A DNA stretch of 44,018 nucleotides from Candidatus Hydrogenedentota bacterium (GTDB lineage Bacteria > Hydrogenedentota > Hydrogenedentia > Hydrogenedentales > JAEUWI01). A program made the position numbers and the translations under genes. The DNA is taken from assembly GCA_034669905.1 (NCBI GenBank), contig JAXMOL010000061.1, forward strand, positions 1-44,018. Direction: 5' to 3'. Positions 39,551 to 44,018 of this stretch are shown here, in pieces (position 1 is the first letter of the stretch; each line of letters begins with the position of its first letter). The notes beneath the pieces were generated by a model. It made no database searches and had not been told where the DNA came from. It saw nothing but the letters and a program-made list of their open reading frames with translations.

Positions 39551-39752
39551 TTTAACCACGAATGGACACGAATTAACACGAATTCGAATGACTCTCCGAC
39601 AGCCGGAACCAGTTCAAGTACTTCTACCCAGATCATATTTTTTTCAAAAGGCCGAAAATAACAAGCAACCGAAATCTCGCCAATCTGACGCCTTCGCAAG
39701 TCTCGCTGTTCTTCCTTTTATTCGTGTTTATTCGTGTCCATTCGTGGTTAAA
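39551..39752. repeat. MITE-like unit 3
   Basis: Almost identical to unit 2, including the interior. Confidence 0.85.
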
Positions 39753-39775
39753 AACTCTTCATACTCAAACCGTCG

Positions 39776-42700
39776 TCAATCCACAAACATAAACTCATTG
39801 CTCATCAACAAGACCTGGGCATACTGTTCCCAGGGTTTCAGTGGCTCCGGCGGCGCAGGGGGCGGCCCTTGGAAGTCGAAACGGGTTATCCAATCCTGGG
39901 TTTCAAACTGTGCGGCGTTCTCTCCCGACAGGTAGAGCCGGGGATGCCAGCGGAAGGCGTCCTCTTCGTCATCGTCGCGGCAACTCACCACCAGGTCCAC
40001 CGTATCCCCCACGCGTACCTCCACGTCATCCATGACGGTGGCAATGACGCCATCTTGCACATCGCCCTGCCAGAGTATGCCGCCACGGCTGGAGATGATG
40101 TAGGCGCGAATGCCGTCGCCGGCCGATGAGTGGTGGAACAACTCCCCGACACAGGAAAGCAGGGAATCCGCTTCGGCGGTCCAGCGGCGCACTACGGCAT
40201 GTTGTGGTCCACCCGGGTGACCGCCGAGACGGTTCAACATGGCCATGCCCAGGGTATCGCCAGGCATTTCCTCGGACTCCTGGAAGGCTTCACCGGTCCA
40301 ATGGGGAAACTCGGTGAATCCCTCAACCCGGCCAGTGGCCTCGTTGACCACGCCATAGCCGTAGCGCCACGTGGTATCCCGGGGTGCCTGGGCCTGCTGA
40401 GGCGCGATGTCCTGTCCCTGCACGAAGAGGGCACCCAGAGCGACTTCTTTCTCGGAAGGCGCACGCTTTAACACGGCGTTGTAGAGTGCCCGTACGCGCT
40501 CGGGGCCTTCCGGGGTGGCCTGCACGTCGTCGCGGGCGGCCGTGAGGCGGGCCTGCTCCACCACGAAGGGGCTGTTCATCAGATAAAGGGCCTGTTGTGG
40601 CACGGTCGTTTCAAAGCGCATGGGCGTGTGTTCGTTGGGCGTGGCGAAGTCGAAAATGCGAAACATGGAAGGCAGCGCGTGGCGATCCACTTCGGCGTAG
40701 ACGGTCCGCCGATTGGTAAAGGGCACTTCGGTGATGTTGGTCGGGTAGCCCCCCACGCTGAGATCTATGTTGTCGGCCGCCGCAAGCAGACTGTCGCGCA
40801 TGGCTTCAAAACCCAATCGCCGACGGTTCTGCCGCCAGAACAACTTATTCTCCGGGTCAATCGCCGCGCAGTCCGCACGAATATCGCTGGCCTGTTGATA
40901 GCTATCCGAGGCCATGATGCGCCGAATGAGGGACTTGGTCGACCAACCCGCTTCCATAAAATGCCAGGCCAGATAGTCCAGCAATTCCGGATGGCTGGGT
41001 GCCGCGCCCTGGGTGCCAAAGTCACTGGGCGTTCCCACCAGAGGCTGGTCAAAGAGCTGTCCCCACACCCGGTTCACAAAGACACGGGCGGTGAGGGGAT
41101 TGTCCCGGCTGGCGATGGCCTCGGCCAAGTCGCTGCGACCACTCCCGTCACGGAAGGGTTCCCGCTCCTCGGACGTCAAAACTGCGAGGAATTGCCGGGG
41201 CACGGCCTCCCCCTTGCTCGTGGCGTCGCCCCGTTTGAACACATAGGGGTCGAAGGGGGTGGCCGCATCGGCCAACGCCATGGCACGGTTGGGACGTCCC
41301 GGGTGGCTGTTCTTAAAGAGTTCAATGGCCTGTTGCCGCTGGTAGATGCGATTACGGTCGGCGGTGGTGCTCATGGCATTCACCTGGCTGCGCGGCACGT
41401 TGACGGGCGATTCTGCCCCATAGAGCACCTGCCGCAAGGCTTCCTGCCGTTCGTCTTTCAAGGCCCGAGGCAAGGCCTCTTCCGACGCATAGGCGGCCTG
41501 CTGCAAGCGGGCAGACAACAGGTCTTGCCAGGTCCCGTCGACGTCCGCGAAGAGCGCCCCATAGGCGGTACTCAGCGCCGCCAGGGTCGAGGGCGGGTTA
41601 TCTTCCAGATAACGGGTGAGGGCACCATTGGCCCCCGCCGCCTTGTGGGATTCGCGCAGGCCTTCAAACTGACGGGGAAAGTCTTCCAGGGTCTGTGCGG
41701 CGCGCCAGATGCCGAAAACGGGCTCCTTTTCGCGCCCTTCTGCTTTCAGGTAGTCGCGCCATCGAATCAGCAGCGCCGGGCGCAATCCCTGCTCCTTCGC
41801 ATAGGCATTCAGCCCTGTATTGTCCGGCTCATCCCAATGAGCCGCCACCCCGCTGAGATAGGCGCCGACGGAGGCCCGTGCGTGACGGAGGAGCTCCACA
41901 TGGAGGGCATCCAGCAAATCCTCCCGCGCGGCCTCCACCTTGGCGAGGCCTTCGCTGTAGTCTTTATAGGCCGGTGCCGACGTGTCAGGCTCTTCGATAA
42001 GGGGTAACTCGGCAGGCTCTACCGAACTGCGGAAGACGCCATAAAGGGAGTAGTAGTCCGCCGTGGGGATGGGGTCAAACTTGTGGTCGTGACAACGGGC
42101 ACAGTTGACAGTAAGCCCCTGAAGGCCCCGGGTCACCACATCGATGCGGTCATCGATACGATCATGTATGTTGGCCCCGAAGGATTTCCCCAGCGTCAGG
42201 AATCCCAGCGCGGCGAGCGGCCGTTTGTCGCCCCCCAAGTCCAGCTTGTCGGCCGCCAGCTGATGGCGGATAAACTGGTCGTAGGGCAGATCTTCATTGA
42301 AGGCGCGGATCACGTAATCGCGATAGGTATGGGAAAAAGGAAAGAGACGATCGGCCCGAAAGCTCGACCCTTTCGTATCGCTGTAGCGGGCTACATCGAG
42401 CCAATGCCGCCCCCAACGCTCCCCGAAATGAGGCGATTGAAGCAGGCCCTCCACCACGGCGGCGAAGGCATCCTCCGCCGGGTCGGCTTCGAATGCCGCG
42501 ATGGCCTCGGCGCTTGGCGGCAGTCCCAGAAGATCGTAATAGGCACGGCGAATCAAATCACGCCGTGGGGCCGGAGCAGCGGGACTTAGCCCCGTCCCGG
42601 AAAGCCGGTCCTGAATATAGGCGTCGATAGGCGATGAGACCTCCGCCCCATCAGGGGGTGTCGGGGGCGTCACCGGCTTGAAGGCCCAATGGCTGGTCTG

Positions 42701-43135
42701 CAATTCCTTTATGTAGTCCGCCATGGGTATATTGCGGTTACCTTCGGGAAGGGCCTTGGGCCAGGGTGCCCCCTGGGCAACCCACGCGCGAATCGCCTCG
42801 CGCTCCTGCACCGTGAAAGAGACCTCGGGGTGACCCGTGGTGTCGCGCTGCTGGAGGAGGGCCATGAGCGAATCGGAAGGACTGTCGGGCAAGGCGTCCA
42901 GGCGCAGGCCACCGGCGCTCATAGTTTGATCGTGACAGGCGTAACAGTGCTGTGCCAGAAGGGGGCGAATCTTGGTCTCAAAAAACGTAACGTCGCCCGC
43001 TGCCGCACGGTTGGTCTCCGAAACGACTCCCATCGCCAGCAGGAAAGCACCGGCCCAAAACCATGTCTTGATGCCCGTCAAAACGTAATGCTTCTGCCCC
43101 TGCCTGGCGTTCTGGATTGCTCTCTCCGTTGCCAT
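39776..43135 (-). CDS. Planctomycete-type cytochrome c + DUF1549 + DUF1553 (PSD1) protein
   Basis: CYACH, WLDVARYSD, CARCHDHKFDP, NPLTARVFVNR, QQALYLMNS, SNEFMFVD; start uncertain. Confidence 0.88.
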   Translation of the reverse strand: MATERAIQNARQGQKHYVLTGIKTWFWAGAFLLAMGVVSETNRAAAGDVTFFETKIRPLLAQHCYACHDQTMSAGGLRLDALPDSPSDSLMALLQQRDTTGHPEVSFTVQEREAIRAWVAQGAPWPKALPEGNRNIPMADYIKELQTSHWAFKPVTPPTPPDGAEVSSPIDAYIQDRLSGTGLSPAAPAPRRDLIRRAYYDLLGLPPSAEAIAAFEADPAEDAFAAVVEGLLQSPHFGERWGRHWLDVARYSDTKGSSFRADRLFPFSHTYRDYVIRAFNEDLPYDQFIRHQLAADKLDLGGDKRPLAALGFLTLGKSFGANIHDRIDDRIDVVTRGLQGLTVNCARCHDHKFDPIPTADYYSLYGVFRSSVEPAELPLIEEPDTSAPAYKDYSEGLAKVEAAREDLLDALHVELLRHARASVGAYLSGVAAHWDEPDNTGLNAYAKEQGLRPALLIRWRDYLKAEGREKEPVFGIWRAAQTLEDFPRQFEGLRESHKAAGANGALTRYLEDNPPSTLAALSTAYGALFADVDGTWQDLLSARLQQAAYASEEALPRALKDERQEALRQVLYGAESPVNVPRSQVNAMSTTADRNRIYQRQQAIELFKNSHPGRPNRAMALADAATPFDPYVFKRGDATSKGEAVPRQFLAVLTSEEREPFRDGSGRSDLAEAIASRDNPLTARVFVNRVWGQLFDQPLVGTPSDFGTQGAAPSHPELLDYLAWHFMEAGWSTKSLIRRIMASDSYQQASDIRADCAAIDPENKLFWRQNRRRLGFEAMRDSLLAAADNIDLSVGGYPTNITEVPFTNRRTVYAEVDRHALPSMFRIFDFATPNEHTPMRFETTVPQQALYLMNSPFVVEQARLTAARDDVQATPEGPERVRALYNAVLKRAPSEKEVALGALFVQGQDIAPQQAQAPRDTTWRYGYGVVNEATGRVEGFTEFPHWTGEAFQESEEMPGDTLGMAMLNRLGGHPGGPQHAVVRRWTAEADSLLSCVGELFHHSSAGDGIRAYIISSRGGILWQGDVQDGVIATVMDDVEVRVGDTVDLVVSCRDDDEEDAFRWHPRLYLSGENAAQFETQDWITRFDFQGPPPAPPEPLKPWEQYAQVLLMSNEFMFVD

Positions 43136-43421
43136 GGTTCTACGATACTGTAAGCCTACCGCAAAATCAACCTGTGATTGCAGGGGAATTACATCTTAAT
43201 TGTACGTTCTCCACAAAGGAATGCTTGGTCGTGCCGCGCGATCCCCAAAAGGCGAGTTTAAACGAGTCCTGACGGGTTCGTGCGCTTGGAGCATGCGCCA
43301 AGTACCCAATCGAGCGTTCTGCAATCAAGACCAGAGTCAGTGACCACCTGCAGAGCAGGTCGCTTGAGGAAGCCCCCTAAAAGGGGCCGAATCATCAAAC
43401 TCATGTACGAAGCCTAAGAAG

Positions 43422-43656
43422 TTAGTCCCGTAGGGACGAAATATCGTAACCCAGCGGTGAAGCGAGGTACGAGCGGAACCCTGGGTTGTCCGCGCCACAA
43501 TGTATTAAACTCCGAAGGAGTGGCATAGGAAAATAAGTGCAAATTTCCAACACTTCTATGCCACCCCTTCGGGGTTAAACATCTCTTGCATTCGAGCGAT
43601 CCCAGGGTTCGCTTCGCTCACGCCCGGGCCACGATATGTCGTCCCTACGGGACTAA
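43422..43656. repeat. Long imperfect palindrome (REP/MITE-like)
   Basis: TTAGTCCCGTAGGGACGA...TCGTCCCTACGGGACTAA termini; AACCCTGGG/CCCAGGGTT and GTGGCATAG/CTATGCCAC inner arms. Confidence 0.8.
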
Positions 43657-43892
43657 AAAAGAACATGGCACACCGCACCGTGTATGAATGCCAACAGCTA
43701 ACGCAGGAACGGCAAAGCCTTATGAATTCTCACCGGCAGAGCCGGTGGTTTAGCTTGGGATAATTAGTTGGGCGCTTTGAGACAAGGAAATTCATCATTC
43801 CGCCTTATCAGTTACGGATAGTGATAATTCGAGCCCTCGACTCGAAAATTCTCTTGACGTATCTTAGACGCGCCCGCTCCAAGCGCACGAAC

Positions 43893-44018
43893 AGAAGTGG
43901 ACCCCGAAAACTGGACAGTGCGTTAAGTGTATCTCCTGACGTATTCTTTGAAGCAAGGAGATAGAACTATGCGACGTAAACGACGTAATCATGCCCCCGC
44001 ATTTAAGGCAAAGGTAGC
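43893..44018 (+). mobile_element. Left end of an IS3-family insertion sequence (IRL and start of OrfA at 43969), truncated by the window edge
   Basis: GAAGTGGACCCCGAAAACTGGACA IR-like end; AAGGAG then MRRKRRNHAPAFKAKV. Confidence 0.75.

Noticed and set aside
38130..39752. CRISPR array or diversity-generating retroelement
   Set aside because: The repeats are inverted and hundreds of nt apart with no cas genes; differences between gene copies are not adenine-specific and no reverse transcriptase is present

Overview
GC-rich bacterial chromosomal window. The DUF1549/DUF1553 + DUF1501 pairs, DUF1080 and PQQ-propeller genes suggest a Planctomycetota-like or Ca. Hydrogenedentota-like host (inference only). 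The left half (about 3.3-21.9 kb) is an apparent metal(loid)/thiol-stress region: an ECF sigma factor with a zinc-finger anti-sigma, a DoxX-like protein, DUF3179, arsM, a divergent pstSCAB, arsS, a DedA-DUF547 fusion, a MerA-like flavoprotein, an HD-GYP protein, a TlpA-like redoxin and a bufferin-like RiPP locus (Tat-exported 9-Cys precursor, DUF692 MNIO, DUF2063). Four near-identical ECF-type promoter motifs (TGTAAGAA-N13/14-ACGACTCA) precede the doxX, DUF3179-arsM-pst, arsS and RiPP units, suggesting a single regulon. This is the most interesting signal in the window. The region lies just 3' of a tmRNA gene (22682-23041, minus strand, tag ANDQHEFAMAA). The right half has DUF1080, an SDR, a metallophosphoesterase fusion, purKE, two convergent cytochrome-c DUF1553/DUF1501 pairs, a truncated hydrolase, tandem GxxExxY genes alternating with MITE-like inverted-repeat units, heptamer and REP-like repeats, and the left end of an IS3-family element at the window edge. 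All family assignments come from recognising motifs by eye; no searches were run.
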